32,000 bases of DNA, taken from the NCBI GenBank assembly GCA_016432445.1, contig CP066689.1, positions 570,001 through 602,000 on the forward strand, given 5' to 3'. The first letter of the stretch is position 1. Every line of letters starts with the position of its first letter. This document shows, one piece after another, positions 23,113 to 31,538 of the stretch. Origin of the DNA: Candidatus Saccharimonadota bacterium. Its GTDB lineage: Bacteria > Patescibacteriota > Microgenomatia > UBA1406 > GWC2-37-13. The position numbers and the translations under genes are program-made. The notes beneath the pieces are model-generated. The model saw only the letters and a program-made list of their open reading frames with translations. It ran no database searches and was not told where the DNA came from.

Positions 23113-25143
23113 ATGACTTTAATTATTGTTGAATCACCGACTAAGGCTAGGACATTTAACCGTATATTAAAAGGTGAGGACTACTATGTATTTGCAACCA
23201 TGGGACACATAAGAGACCTTCCAGCAAGCGCATTATCTATTGATTATGCCCATAAGTTTAAGCCTAATTACCAAATTATAAAAAATAAACAGAAAACCGT
23301 TGATCAGCTCATGAAACTGGCTAAACAAAATGATGAGATTATTTTAGCGACAGATCCTGATCGTGAAGGGGAATCTATCGCGTATCATGCGGCTTATTTA
23401 ATAGGTCTGATAAAAGAGAAGTGGCCTGAGTTTAAGATCGATAAAAAACATCCACTCAAAAGAATCGTTTTTCACGAGATTACTCCTCATGCTTTAAAAG
23501 AAGCGTTAGAGCATCCAAGCACATTAAGATTGGACTTAGTTAAGGCTCAGCAGGCAAGGCGGATCTTAGATAGGGTAGTTGGCTATGAGATCTCTCCCCT
23601 ACTTTGGAAAAAAATGGGAAAAAACTGGCTTTCAGCCGGTAGAGTTCAGTCAGTAGCTTTGCGGCTTGTTGTCGAAAGAGAGAAAGAAATTAGAGTCTTT
23701 AAGGACGAAGGTTATTATCAGATTTATGGAAACTTTAATAAAAAAGAACCATTAAAGGCGAAGCTTGTTTCAAAAGATCAAGTTCCTTACGAACAGAAAT
23801 TCACTTTGCATTTGTTTGCCGGAGAATATCAGTACACCAAAACAACAATCGAAAAATCTAATGTCGATGAAATTAAAAAGAACGCAGAGACTGATAAATA
23901 TATCGTAAAGGAGATTAAAGAAGAAATTAAACCTAAGTATCCTCCACCTCCGTTTACAACTTCTTTGCTTCAGCAGGAATCTTTTCACCGCTTTGGGTTC
24001 TCATCAAGAATGACTATGAGAATAGCTCAGGATCTTTATGAAAGAGGTTTAATTACTTATCATCGAACTGATTCTTTTAATTTATCAACTCAGTTTGTTT
24101 TTAAAGCGAAAGATTTTATAGAAAAAACTTTTGGCAAAGAGTATGCCCTTGAAAAACCAAGAGGCTTTCGAACAAAATCAAAGATGGCTCAGGAAGCGCA
24201 CGAGGCTATAAGACCAACGCATTTGGAGAAATCAGCTGACTCCATGGCAGTAGATAAAAAAATCACTCAAAACCATAAAAAAGTTTACAAACTTATATTT
24301 GACCGCGCTCTTTCGACACAAATGAAAGAAGCTCAAGTTAAACATATCAAAATAGTTATTGCCGGTAAAAAAGGATATGCGTTTGAGTCTGAGGTGCAGC
24401 AGGTTATTTTTGATGGTTTTTTAAAAGTTCTTAATCCAGAATATGCAGGAAAAAAACAAAGCTTAGCTCGTCTTAAAGAAAATGATCCAGTTGATTTGCT
24501 ATCATTGGAAGTTCAAGAATGTAAAACTAATCCCCCGCCGAGGTTTAATGAAGCCTCACTTATTAAAATATTAGAAGAAAAAGGAATTGGTAGGCCATCT
24601 ACTTACGCGCCTATTATTTCTCTTATTCAGGACAAAAATTATGTTGAAAAGGAGTTTAGATATTTCGTACCGACTAAACTTGGAGAGGTAATCTCGAATT
24701 ATTTGGCCGAGTCTTTTCCGGATATTTTTTCACTTGAGTTTACAGCCCAGATGGAGCAAAGCTTAGATGAAATTGCTGATGGGCAAAAAGATATGGTTCA
24801 AACCTTGTCTGATTTTTATAATCCTTTTGAGAAACATTTAAAGATTATGAAGCTTGACAAAAAAACAATAGATGTAGAGGAAGTGGTTGATGAAAAATGC
24901 GAGAAGTGCGCAAGTGCTATGGTTGTCCGTTATTCAAAGTTTGGTAAATTTATGGCCTGCAGTAAATATCCTCAATGTAAATTTACTAAACCTTTTTTGA
25001 ATTTTGTAAAAGATAAATTTTGCCCAGAGTGTGGAGGTAGGATGACAGCCAGAATGACTAAAACCAGGAAAAGATTCTACGGATGCGAAAATTATCCGAA
25101 GTGTAAATATTCGTCTTGGACACTCAAGCCAACAAAGAAATGA
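23113..25143 (+). CDS. topA: DNA topoisomerase I
   Basis: It has the Toprim motifs LIIVESPTKA and DPDREGE, the active-site Tyr context ITYHRTDS, and C-terminal Cys4 zinc ribbons (CEKC..C..C; CPECGG..C..C). Confidence 0.95.
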   Translation: MTLIIVESPTKARTFNRILKGEDYYVFATMGHIRDLPASALSIDYAHKFKPNYQIIKNKQKTVDQLMKLAKQNDEIILATDPDREGESIAYHAAYLIGLIKEKWPEFKIDKKHPLKRIVFHEITPHALKEALEHPSTLRLDLVKAQQARRILDRVVGYEISPLLWKKMGKNWLSAGRVQSVALRLVVEREKEIRVFKDEGYYQIYGNFNKKEPLKAKLVSKDQVPYEQKFTLHLFAGEYQYTKTTIEKSNVDEIKKNAETDKYIVKEIKEEIKPKYPPPPFTTSLLQQESFHRFGFSSRMTMRIAQDLYERGLITYHRTDSFNLSTQFVFKAKDFIEKTFGKEYALEKPRGFRTKSKMAQEAHEAIRPTHLEKSADSMAVDKKITQNHKKVYKLIFDRALSTQMKEAQVKHIKIVIAGKKGYAFESEVQQVIFDGFLKVLNPEYAGKKQSLARLKENDPVDLLSLEVQECKTNPPPRFNEASLIKILEEKGIGRPSTYAPIISLIQDKNYVEKEFRYFVPTKLGEVISNYLAESFPDIFSLEFTAQMEQSLDEIADGQKDMVQTLSDFYNPFEKHLKIMKLDKKTIDVEEVVDEKCEKCASAMVVRYSKFGKFMACSKYPQCKFTKPFLNFVKDKFCPECGGRMTARMTKTRKRFYGCENYPKCKYSSWTLKPTKK

Positions 25144-25217
25144 TTCACGATTCATGATGCATGATTCATGAATCTTCTTGAATCCTGAATCGTGAATCTT
25201 GAATCAAGTGTTTTTTT
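25142..25217 (+). terminator. GATTCA-type nested hairpin followed by T7: likely topA terminator
   Basis: gattcacgattca (25142-25154) pairs with tgaatcgtgaatc (25186-25198). The inner stem is gattca/tgaatc (25163-25174), followed by ttttttt (25211-25217). The element begins inside the topA stop codon. Confidence 0.7.
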
Positions 25218-25244
25218 CAAATTATTAGGGTATAATTTAAGATC

Positions 25245-26903
25245 ATGTCGAGAGGTAAATATATTTTTGTTTCTGGAGGTGTAATTTCGGGCATTGGCAA
25301 AGGCATAACTACAGCCTCTCTTGGACTTCTTCTTAAATCAGCAGGATACAAAGTCGCGACTATCAAATTCGAGAACTACCTTAATATTGATGCAGGAACT
25401 ATTAATCCCATTGAACACGGAGATCCTTTTTTATGCGAGGATGGAACAGAAGCAGATATGGATATTGGATCTTATGAGAAATTTCTGCATGAGGATATGG
25501 GCCGTGATAATTTTGTCACCATGGGTCAGATTTATAAAACAGTAATTGAACGTGAAAGAAGATTTGAGTATCAGGGAGAAGACGTGGAAGCTATTCCTTA
25601 CATAACTAATGAGATTATTGACCGCATTCAGTCATTAGCTAAAAAGAGGCAGGCGGAGATTGTCATTATTGAACTGGGGGGCACAGCCGGTGAGTATCAA
25701 AATGTTTTTTACTACGAAGCGTCGCGGATTATGACTTTGAAAAATCCGGGCGATGTCATTCATATTCATGTTAGTTATGTACCGACTCCGAATCACCTAG
25801 GTGAACCAAAAACAAAACCGTCCCAGCTTTCAGTCCGGACTTTAAATTCAATGGGTATTCAACCTGATTTTATTATTGCCCGTTCGGAAAAACTTCTGGA
25901 CAAAAGACGTAAAGACAGATTTGCCTTATTCTGCAATATGCATCCAGAAGATATAATCTCTAATCCCGATCTTCCTTCAGTTTATGAAATACCGCTGGTG
26001 TTACATGATCAAGCTTTGGAGCAAAAAATATTTAAAAAATTATCATTGACTCAAAAAGAACCTGATCTTAAAAAATGGAGCGATCTGGTTGAAAAGATAA
26101 AGTCTAAAAAATCTAAAACTTTGGAACTGGCGATCATTGGTAAATATTTTGGAACAGGTGATTATCAGCTGAGAGATTCTTATGCGGCTCTTTTTGATGC
26201 TATAGATCATGCTTCATGGGAATTAGGTGTTAACGTTAAGACCAAATGGATTGACGCGGAAAAAATTGAGAAGGATGGAACAGGGACAATAGGCAATCCT
26301 TGCGGTATTATTGTTCCTATTGGGTGGGGTGAAAGAGGAGCAGAAGGTATGGTAAAAGCAGCCAGTTATGCTAGAGAAAAGAAAATCCCATATTTGGGAT
26401 TGTGTTACGGTATGCAGCTTGCTGTTATTGCTTTTGCTCGAGATATTTTAGGCTGGAAGGATGCAAACACTACTGAAAATGTTAGAGAAACTAAATATCC
26501 TGTAATTCATCTGATTCCTTCACAAAAAACTCACATGGAAAATAGAGCTTATGGCGGTACCATGCGTTTGGGAAGCTGGGATGCAGTCGTGAAAAAAGGT
26601 ACTATGGCGTACTCAATTTATGATAAATATAATGGTTTTTTTGACAAAAACAAAGGTTTAACTTGCGAAAGACATAGACACCGCTATGAGTTTAATAACA
26701 AATATTCCAAAGATTTCGAAGATAAAGGTTTAGTTATTAGCGCCAGGTCAACAGTAGAAAACCTATGTGAGATTATTGAACTTTCCCAAAGTGATCATCC
26801 GTTTTATCTTGGAACTCAAGGTCACCCTGAATATAAAAGTCGGCCTTTAAATCCCCATCCTATCTTTTTAGCTTTTATAGAAGCTTGTAAAAAGAGAGAG
26901 TAA
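25245..26903 (+). CDS. pyrG: CTP synthase
   Basis: It has the motifs YIFVSGGVISGIGKG and GLCYGMQ (GATase Cys) and the HPEYKS tail. It is 552 aa. Confidence 0.97.
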   Translation: MSRGKYIFVSGGVISGIGKGITTASLGLLLKSAGYKVATIKFENYLNIDAGTINPIEHGDPFLCEDGTEADMDIGSYEKFLHEDMGRDNFVTMGQIYKTVIERERRFEYQGEDVEAIPYITNEIIDRIQSLAKKRQAEIVIIELGGTAGEYQNVFYYEASRIMTLKNPGDVIHIHVSYVPTPNHLGEPKTKPSQLSVRTLNSMGIQPDFIIARSEKLLDKRRKDRFALFCNMHPEDIISNPDLPSVYEIPLVLHDQALEQKIFKKLSLTQKEPDLKKWSDLVEKIKSKKSKTLELAIIGKYFGTGDYQLRDSYAALFDAIDHASWELGVNVKTKWIDAEKIEKDGTGTIGNPCGIIVPIGWGERGAEGMVKAASYAREKKIPYLGLCYGMQLAVIAFARDILGWKDANTTENVRETKYPVIHLIPSQKTHMENRAYGGTMRLGSWDAVVKKGTMAYSIYDKYNGFFDKNKGLTCERHRHRYEFNNKYSKDFEDKGLVISARSTVENLCEIIELSQSDHPFYLGTQGHPEYKSRPLNPHPIFLAFIEACKKRE

Positions 26904-26914
26904 ATGGTAAAATT

Positions 26915-26975
26915 GATTCAAGATTCACGATTCAGGATTCAAGAAGTTTTATTCATGAATCATTAATCATGAATC
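26915..26975. repeat. GATTCA-type imperfect hairpin between pyrG and rplS
   Basis: The left arm is gattcaa gattcac gattcag gattcaa. The right arm is ttcatgaatcattaatcatgaatc, which contains the ORF-track ATG at 26969. Confidence 0.75.
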
Positions 26976-26989
26976 TAGTTTCAAAAAAT

Positions 26990-27328
26990 ATGGCAAACTC
27001 AATAACATACAAAGATAAGCAGATGGCAGTCGGTGATACGATTTCCATCAACTACAAAATCAAAGAAGGAAGCAAAGAGCGTCAACAGCTTTTTGAAGGT
27101 ATCCTAACTAAGATAAAAGGACAGGACGGCCAAAATAGAATGATTACTGTAAGGAAAGTATCTAATGTAGGAATTGGTGTCGAGCGCATCATTCCTTTAA
27201 GCTCACCTTTTATAAGTGGTATAAAATTAGTAAAAAAGTCAGTTTACAGTAAAGCTAAACTTTACTTTCTCCGGAATCTTTCAGCACAGAAATTGCGCCA
27301 AAAACTCTACAAAACTACTGTAAAATGA
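26990..27328 (+). CDS. rplS: 50S ribosomal protein L19
   Basis: The motifs VGDTISINYKIKEGSKERQQLFEGI and VRKVSNVGIGVERIIPLSSP are typical of L19. I favour ATG 26990 (MANS...) because ATG 26969 lies inside the repeat arm. The start remains uncertain. Confidence 0.85.
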   Translation: MANSITYKDKQMAVGDTISINYKIKEGSKERQQLFEGILTKIKGQDGQNRMITVRKVSNVGIGVERIIPLSSPFISGIKLVKKSVYSKAKLYFLRNLSAQKLRQKLYKTTVK

Positions 27329-27332
27329 TTTC

Positions 27333-27698
27333 ATGACTTTGTATAGAAAAAGTCTTGGGTATACTGGTGAAGATCTGGCAGTTAACTATCTTCTTGAAAA
27401 ATCGTTTACTATCATTAACCGTAATTATCATACACGAATGGGCGAGATTGATATTATCGCCAAAAAAACAGATAAGCTTCACTTTATCGAGGTTAAAACT
27501 CGGTCTAATCTCAACAAAGGAAAACCCTACGAAGCAGTTAACCAGCATAAGATTCATCATCTTTTAAAAGCCGCTCAATTTTACCTCTTGAAAAACAAAA
27601 TAAAAGGTTGTAAGCTTTCGCTAGATGTGATTTCTATCTGGCTAAATAGTGATAACACTATTAAAGAAATTTTGTATTTTGAAAATATAACGATGTAA
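27333..27698 (+). CDS. yraN: YraN family (UPF0102) endonuclease-like protein
   Basis: The sequence is GEDLAVNYLLEKSFTIINRNYHTRMGEIDIIAKKTDKLHFIEVKTR. It shows the conserved rplS-yraN neighbourhood. Confidence 0.85.
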   Translation: MTLYRKSLGYTGEDLAVNYLLEKSFTIINRNYHTRMGEIDIIAKKTDKLHFIEVKTRSNLNKGKPYEAVNQHKIHHLLKAAQFYLLKNKIKGCKLSLDVISIWLNSDNTIKEILYFENITM

Positions 27699-27700
27699 AA

Positions 27701-27797
27701 AATTCCAAAATCCAAATTTCAAATATCAAAAGATTTTGTAATTTAGATTTTGAGCTTTGGATTTGTTTTGTTATTTGAATTTTGACATTCGGATTTA
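27701..27797. repeat. AAATCCA/CAAAT-type composite hairpin after yraN
   Basis: The left arm is ttccaaaatccaaatttcaaatatcaaaag, and complementary arms follow. Positions 27773-27796, reverse-complemented, match 2765-2788 at 23/24 nt. Confidence 0.8.
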
Positions 27798-27824
27798 ATT
27801 TTATCGAGGGGGGGTGAAAAAATA

Positions 27825-28475
27825 ATGATTGCGATAGTAAATAATTTTCTAAGTAATTTCTTGGCAAGATTAATTGACTATTTACCCAGTTTTTTTGGAG
27901 GTCTAATTATTCTTATCATTGGTATTGTTCTTGCAAGCCTATTAAAGAGAATCCTGATTTCACTATTGTCCTTCTTCAAGTTATCATACGTACTTCAAAG
28001 AACCAGATTGATGAATAAAAGTGAGGTTCGAGTCTGGGAGGAAGTATTAGCTGAAGTACTAAGATGGACTGTAGTAATATTGTTCTTGATCCCAACCTTA
28101 GAGGTTTGGGGACTCTCAAGAGCAACTGCAGTTATTAATCAATTCCTTTTTTATCTGCCAAACGTGATAGTGGCAGTGGTAATAGGATTTGTGGGACTTC
28201 TTGCTTCCAACTTGGTTTCTGACGTCGTCAAGCAAAGTTTCGCTGCAATGGGTGCAGGCTCAGCCAATACGTTATCAGCCCTTTCAAAATGGGTGATAGT
28301 ATTTTTTGCAGCTTTGGTTGTTTTAAATCAGCTTGGTGTAGCTCAGGACTTGATTAGAATTTTGCTTACAGGTATTGTTGCCATGCTGGCTTTAGCCGGA
28401 GGATTAGCTTTTGGTTTAGGCGGAAGAGATATGGCCAAAGATATACTGGAGCAAATGAAAAGCAAGTTAAAGTAG
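27825..28475 (+). CDS. membrane protein with repeated conserved TM-helix motif (MscS-N-terminal-like)
   Basis: It has four or more TM helices, with the pattern LIDYLPSFFGGLIILIIGIVLASLLKRIL repeated. There is a strong SD, GAGGGGGGTG, upstream of the ATG. Confidence 0.7.
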   Translation: MIAIVNNFLSNFLARLIDYLPSFFGGLIILIIGIVLASLLKRILISLLSFFKLSYVLQRTRLMNKSEVRVWEEVLAEVLRWTVVILFLIPTLEVWGLSRATAVINQFLFYLPNVIVAVVIGFVGLLASNLVSDVVKQSFAAMGAGSANTLSALSKWVIVFFAALVVLNQLGVAQDLIRILLTGIVAMLALAGGLAFGLGGRDMAKDILEQMKSKLK

Positions 28476-28495
28476 CTTGCTTAGAACTCTCAAAA

Positions 28496-28527
28496 ACATA
28501 TGCGCCTTTACGGTGCATATGTTTTTT
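28496..28527 (+). terminator. intrinsic terminator
   Basis: acatatgc (28496-28503) pairs with gcatatgt (28515-28522), followed by tttttt. Confidence 0.75.
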
Positions 28528-28566
28528 CTCCAAAATTTCTTACGTATTTAATTTATTCATTTCAGA

Positions 28567-28575
28567 TGATATAAT
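28567..28575 (+). promoter_or_regulatory. extended -10 (TGaTATAAT) upstream of the tRNA
   Basis: TG is at 28567-28568 and TATAAT at 28570-28575. The tRNA 5' end lies 13 nt downstream. The -35 is weak. Confidence 0.4.
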
Positions 28576-28588
28576 GAATATTCATGTT

Positions 28589-28662
28589 GCTCCCATCGTC
28601 TAGCGGCCTAGGACATCTGGTTTTCAGCCAGAGAATCAGGGGTTCGAATCCCCTTGGGAGCA
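28589..28662 (+). tRNA. tRNA-Glu (anticodon UUC)
   Basis: Hand-folded cloverleaf of 74 nt: acceptor gctccca/tgggagc, D stem gtct/ggac, anticodon stem tctgg/ccaga with loop tt-TTC-ag, and T arm agggg-ttcgaat-cccct. The discriminator is A and no CCA is encoded. Confidence 0.9.
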
Positions 28663-28762
28663 CTAATGATCGGCTACGTAGAAACTTCTTCGATCATGAC
28701 CTATAGTCATTTGATATTTGGTGATGTTTTTAGTACAATATGCCCATGAAATAAATCCAATC

Positions 28763-28786
28763 TAGCCATAAAGCATGGCTATTTTT
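28763..28786 (+). terminator. intrinsic terminator about 100 nt downstream of the tRNA
   Basis: tagccat (28763-28769), loop aaagc, atggcta (28775-28781), then ttttt. Confidence 0.6.
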
Positions 28787-28946
28787 GTGGCTTATTTTCA
28801 GCACTTTTACATTGTGCAGTATTATCCTTGCAGGCAGCTTTATAGGTATTTAGTTTCAAGTAGCTAGAAAGCAGCCTGTAAGGGTTGTGTTCTTATAAGT
28901 CTTGACATTCTTGAATGCAAGCCTAGAGCAGGAAGGGTGTATTATC

Positions 28947-29549
28947 ATGGCTAAGGATAGAACAGCTATTGGTACTGATCAAGAGAGGGTTTGCTCATTT
29001 TGCAAGCGTCCGGAGAGTGAGGTCGGAGCGCTTATTAGCGGAAAGAATGAGGCATACATCTGTCGTCATTGTATTACTCAATGGAGTCCTAGAACCGGGG
29101 CACCTACGATCTCAAGTGAAGTTGTTAAGTCTGTCTTCGGCGATATTATTGTCAAGATGGACAAGGCGCTATCACAGCGGTACCCTGCGCCAACTGATCT
29201 TGTTCCATTGACAAGTCTAGTGCAGACTTTAGGTACTCATGTTGAAAAACTGAGCAAACTTATGCGCGAGGACCAGCTCATTCGGCAGCTTGAGAAGCAG
29301 AAAGAAGAGATGGCGGCTCTTCTTACGGAGGAAGAGCTTCGAACGGCTCCGCTTGATTCTATTTCTCCAAAGCAGTGGGAAACGCTTTATCGACTGTGGG
29401 GTCTAAGAACTCGAATAGTTCTCAGACTAGTGCGGTATCAAATTCCTCCGCACTTCGTAGCCAAAGCTTCTCGGGATCAGCTCAAAGAGATTAAGGATTT
29501 AGGCGATCGGTACGTGGATGAAATAATACGCGCAAGGCCGAAAGCCTAA
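28947..29549 (+). CDS. ClpX-type C4 zinc-finger domain protein with coiled-coil and C-terminal HhH-like segment
   Basis: I start at ATG 28947, with GGAAGGG 9 nt upstream; the track start at 28902 is a TTG extension. CSFCKRPESEVGALISGKNEAYICRHC matches the ClpX N-terminal zinc-binding motif (CSFCGK..EV..LI.G....IC..C). The C-terminal LGDRYVDEIIRA resembles an HhH or RpoA-CTD-like element, with low certainty. Confidence 0.7.
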   Translation: MAKDRTAIGTDQERVCSFCKRPESEVGALISGKNEAYICRHCITQWSPRTGAPTISSEVVKSVFGDIIVKMDKALSQRYPAPTDLVPLTSLVQTLGTHVEKLSKLMREDQLIRQLEKQKEEMAALLTEEELRTAPLDSISPKQWETLYRLWGLRTRIVLRLVRYQIPPHFVAKASRDQLKEIKDLGDRYVDEIIRARPKA

Positions 29550-29570
29550 TTGCACAATGTGTGTCTAGAA

Positions 29571-29659
29571 GGCGCCAGAATTACTTAACAATGAAGTTAA
29601 GTAGATTCCGACAATAATGTCGGCGTTGATCCATGGTGGGTCGTTCTGGTGCTTTTTTT
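29571..29659 (+). terminator. branched (three-helix) terminator-like structure plus U7
   Basis: P1 is ggcgccagaa (29571-29580) paired with ttctggtgct (29644-29653). It encloses ttacttaac/gttaagtag and ccgaca/tgtcgg hairpins and is followed by ttttttt. Confidence 0.6.
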
Positions 29660-29666
29660 CCTATTC

Positions 29667-29695
29667 TTGACTTAAACCGTTTCTTCAACTAGAAT
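29667..29695 (+). promoter_or_regulatory. sigma70-like promoter of the hydrolase gene
   Basis: TTGACT (29667-29672), a 17-nt spacer, then TAGAAT (29690-29695). The ATG lies 9 nt downstream. Confidence 0.5.
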
Positions 29696-29704
29696 AGTTG
29701 CCTC

Positions 29705-30610
29705 ATGAACTACAGAATGGAAGGCTCTATGAGGTACAATCCGAAAGATTTAATTAGAACCGAAAGATATCAATCTGAAGGGTTTGATCTTTTTAAGTTT
29801 ACTCCGGAGACTCCTTCTTCAAATACTCCGGTAGTGTTAGCCCCCGGTTTTAATGCGGGACATGAGTCTTATGGATTGCTTATTCAGGAGTTATGCAAAA
29901 ATGGTTTTACGGTCATCTGCACCGAGTATCGGCCAGAAGCTCAAATTCAACCTCAAAAGTTGGGTTTTATACCTGACGTTGATAGAGTTAAACGGCACGC
30001 GATCAAAAGCGCCATCAATTTAGGAACTCTTGCAGGCGGTAAAGTTCATTTTGTTGGTCATTCTAAAGCCGCTATTGAAGGTATTCCTATTATTAAAAAA
30101 AATCCGGATAAGATCGAAGGCTGTATACTTATTGCTCCCCGGGGAATCTTAAAAAAGAAAAATCCAGTAGGAGCATTAGGCACTTTAATAGCAGGTGAAG
30201 TAAGAAATAGTTTAGGAAAAAGACGTTTAAAAAAAAGATTTCCTGAGCTGAAAGATACATTAAAACTAATAAAGAAAGCCGAAAAGCAATATGGTAAATT
30301 TGGTCCGAAATATCTTATAGAAATTTTATCCACGGTTACACAAACTATTCAAGATTCTTTTCGACAACTGCAGGAATACGGCGTTAGAGTAGTGGTCATG
30401 CCCCAGCAAAATGACGGGTATTATCCGCCTGAGCAAATGAGAAAAATATTAAAAGAAGTGGATTTTCCCGAAGAGGATCTATTAATTCTTTCTGGGATTT
30501 ACGGAGCTTTGCACGGCGCAGTTAAATATGACCCCACAGTGTGCCAGGACATAGTTGAGGCTCTAAAAGAGATTGAAGAAAACAAACATCATTCTCATTT
30601 TCTGGAGTGA
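29705..30610 (+). CDS. alpha/beta hydrolase fold protein
   Basis: It has the nucleophile elbow VGHSKAA (GxSxG-like) with VVLAPGF upstream, and candidate Asp (QQNDGYY) and His (GALHGA) downstream. Confidence 0.75.
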   Translation: MNYRMEGSMRYNPKDLIRTERYQSEGFDLFKFTPETPSSNTPVVLAPGFNAGHESYGLLIQELCKNGFTVICTEYRPEAQIQPQKLGFIPDVDRVKRHAIKSAINLGTLAGGKVHFVGHSKAAIEGIPIIKKNPDKIEGCILIAPRGILKKKNPVGALGTLIAGEVRNSLGKRRLKKRFPELKDTLKLIKKAEKQYGKFGPKYLIEILSTVTQTIQDSFRQLQEYGVRVVVMPQQNDGYYPPEQMRKILKEVDFPEEDLLILSGIYGALHGAVKYDPTVCQDIVEALKEIEENKHHSHFLE

Positions 30611-30623
30611 AAATGACTTCAGA

Positions 30624-31532
30624 TTAAGAAGTTTTCTTCATTTTTTGAAGCCGGTCGGCAAATAATTGTGCCCAACCAGCACCTTTATAAAAAGCAATTG
30701 ATCCAACTCCAAAAAGTATGTCGAATCGATAGGGGAATAACGGATAAGTAAGTAAATACAATATTCTGCCTATGTGAGTGTCTAACCCTACATGAACGAC
30801 CTTTTTTATATTTTTTCCTTCTGCAATATCATAAATTACTTGAGCCACTTTTTCTGGTTTTGTTCCAAAAGTATTTCTCCACCAGCTGGTTATTTTTTCA
30901 GCGGCCTTTATCTCAGCGGGATTTTTTCCTTCAGTCCAACTCGCGCGGTCGATCCTAGTTATAGTGTTTCCAGGACGAATATCTACTAATCTAACGTTAT
31001 AATTCTTCATATATGATTTTTTTGTTCTTCTTGTAACTCTTGAAAGACGGATTTTAGAGTCGTTATAGCCGCCATGATGAAGATCTGGCCAGTAACGTTT
31101 AGCTGAGGTTACGTTAATTATAGTTCCTCCACCATTTTGATCCATAATTCCTGAAGCGGCTGCTGTAATAAGAATAGGCGCGTATAAATTTACTGCAAGC
31201 ATATCTTCCAAAGCTTTTGTAGGCGTGAGATCTTTACCATACATTGTAGATAATGCGCCTTTAGTCATGATTCCTGCGGCGTTAACTACAATATCAAGTC
31301 TTCCCGACTCTGCGCTTTCATTAACCATGCTGATAACTTGGCAATGATCAGTCACATCAATTTTTAAGGGTCTAATATTTGAATATTTAGGTTGAGAGAA
31401 AACTTCATGAATAGCTGGGTCTTTATCGGCTGCATAAACTGTATATCTTCTATCTTGAGCAAATTTTTCAGCAGTGGCTTTTCCAATCCCGCTGGCTGCG
31501 CCAGTAACGATTGCAACTTTTCTTTCAGACAT
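30624..31532 (-). CDS. short-chain dehydrogenase/reductase (SDR) family oxidoreductase
   Basis: It has TGAASGIGKA (TGxxxGxG), NAAG and YNDSK (YxxxK), plus a hydrophobic C-terminal extension. Confidence 0.88.
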   Translation of the reverse strand: MSERKVAIVTGAASGIGKATAEKFAQDRRYTVYAADKDPAIHEVFSQPKYSNIRPLKIDVTDHCQVISMVNESAESGRLDIVVNAAGIMTKGALSTMYGKDLTPTKALEDMLAVNLYAPILITAAASGIMDQNGGGTIINVTSAKRYWPDLHHGGYNDSKIRLSRVTRRTKKSYMKNYNVRLVDIRPGNTITRIDRASWTEGKNPAEIKAAEKITSWWRNTFGTKPEKVAQVIYDIAEGKNIKKVVHVGLDTHIGRILYLLTYPLFPYRFDILFGVGSIAFYKGAGWAQLFADRLQKMKKTS

Positions 31533-31538
31533 TTCAAG

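Noticed and set aside
28666-28749. A 27-aa ORF (MIGYVETSSIMTYSHLIFGDVFSTICP) in the tRNA trailer.
   Set aside because: It has no SD, overlaps predicted hairpins, and has an unremarkable composition. The region is more parsimoniously treated as non-coding trailer RNA.
25321-29211. Same-strand alternative-frame ORFs 25321..25545 (in pyrG), 27355..27567 (in yraN) and 28969..29211 (in the ClpX-ZnF gene).
   Set aside because: They overlap frames that carry clear family motifs, and they show no independent signals.
28589-29700. An integrated prophage or integrative element at tRNA-Glu.
   Set aside because: No integrase or recombinase ORF is present, and I could not find a direct repeat of the tRNA 3' end (ttcgaatcc...) downstream. 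Only the compositional shift remains, and it is reported as a low-to-moderate finding.
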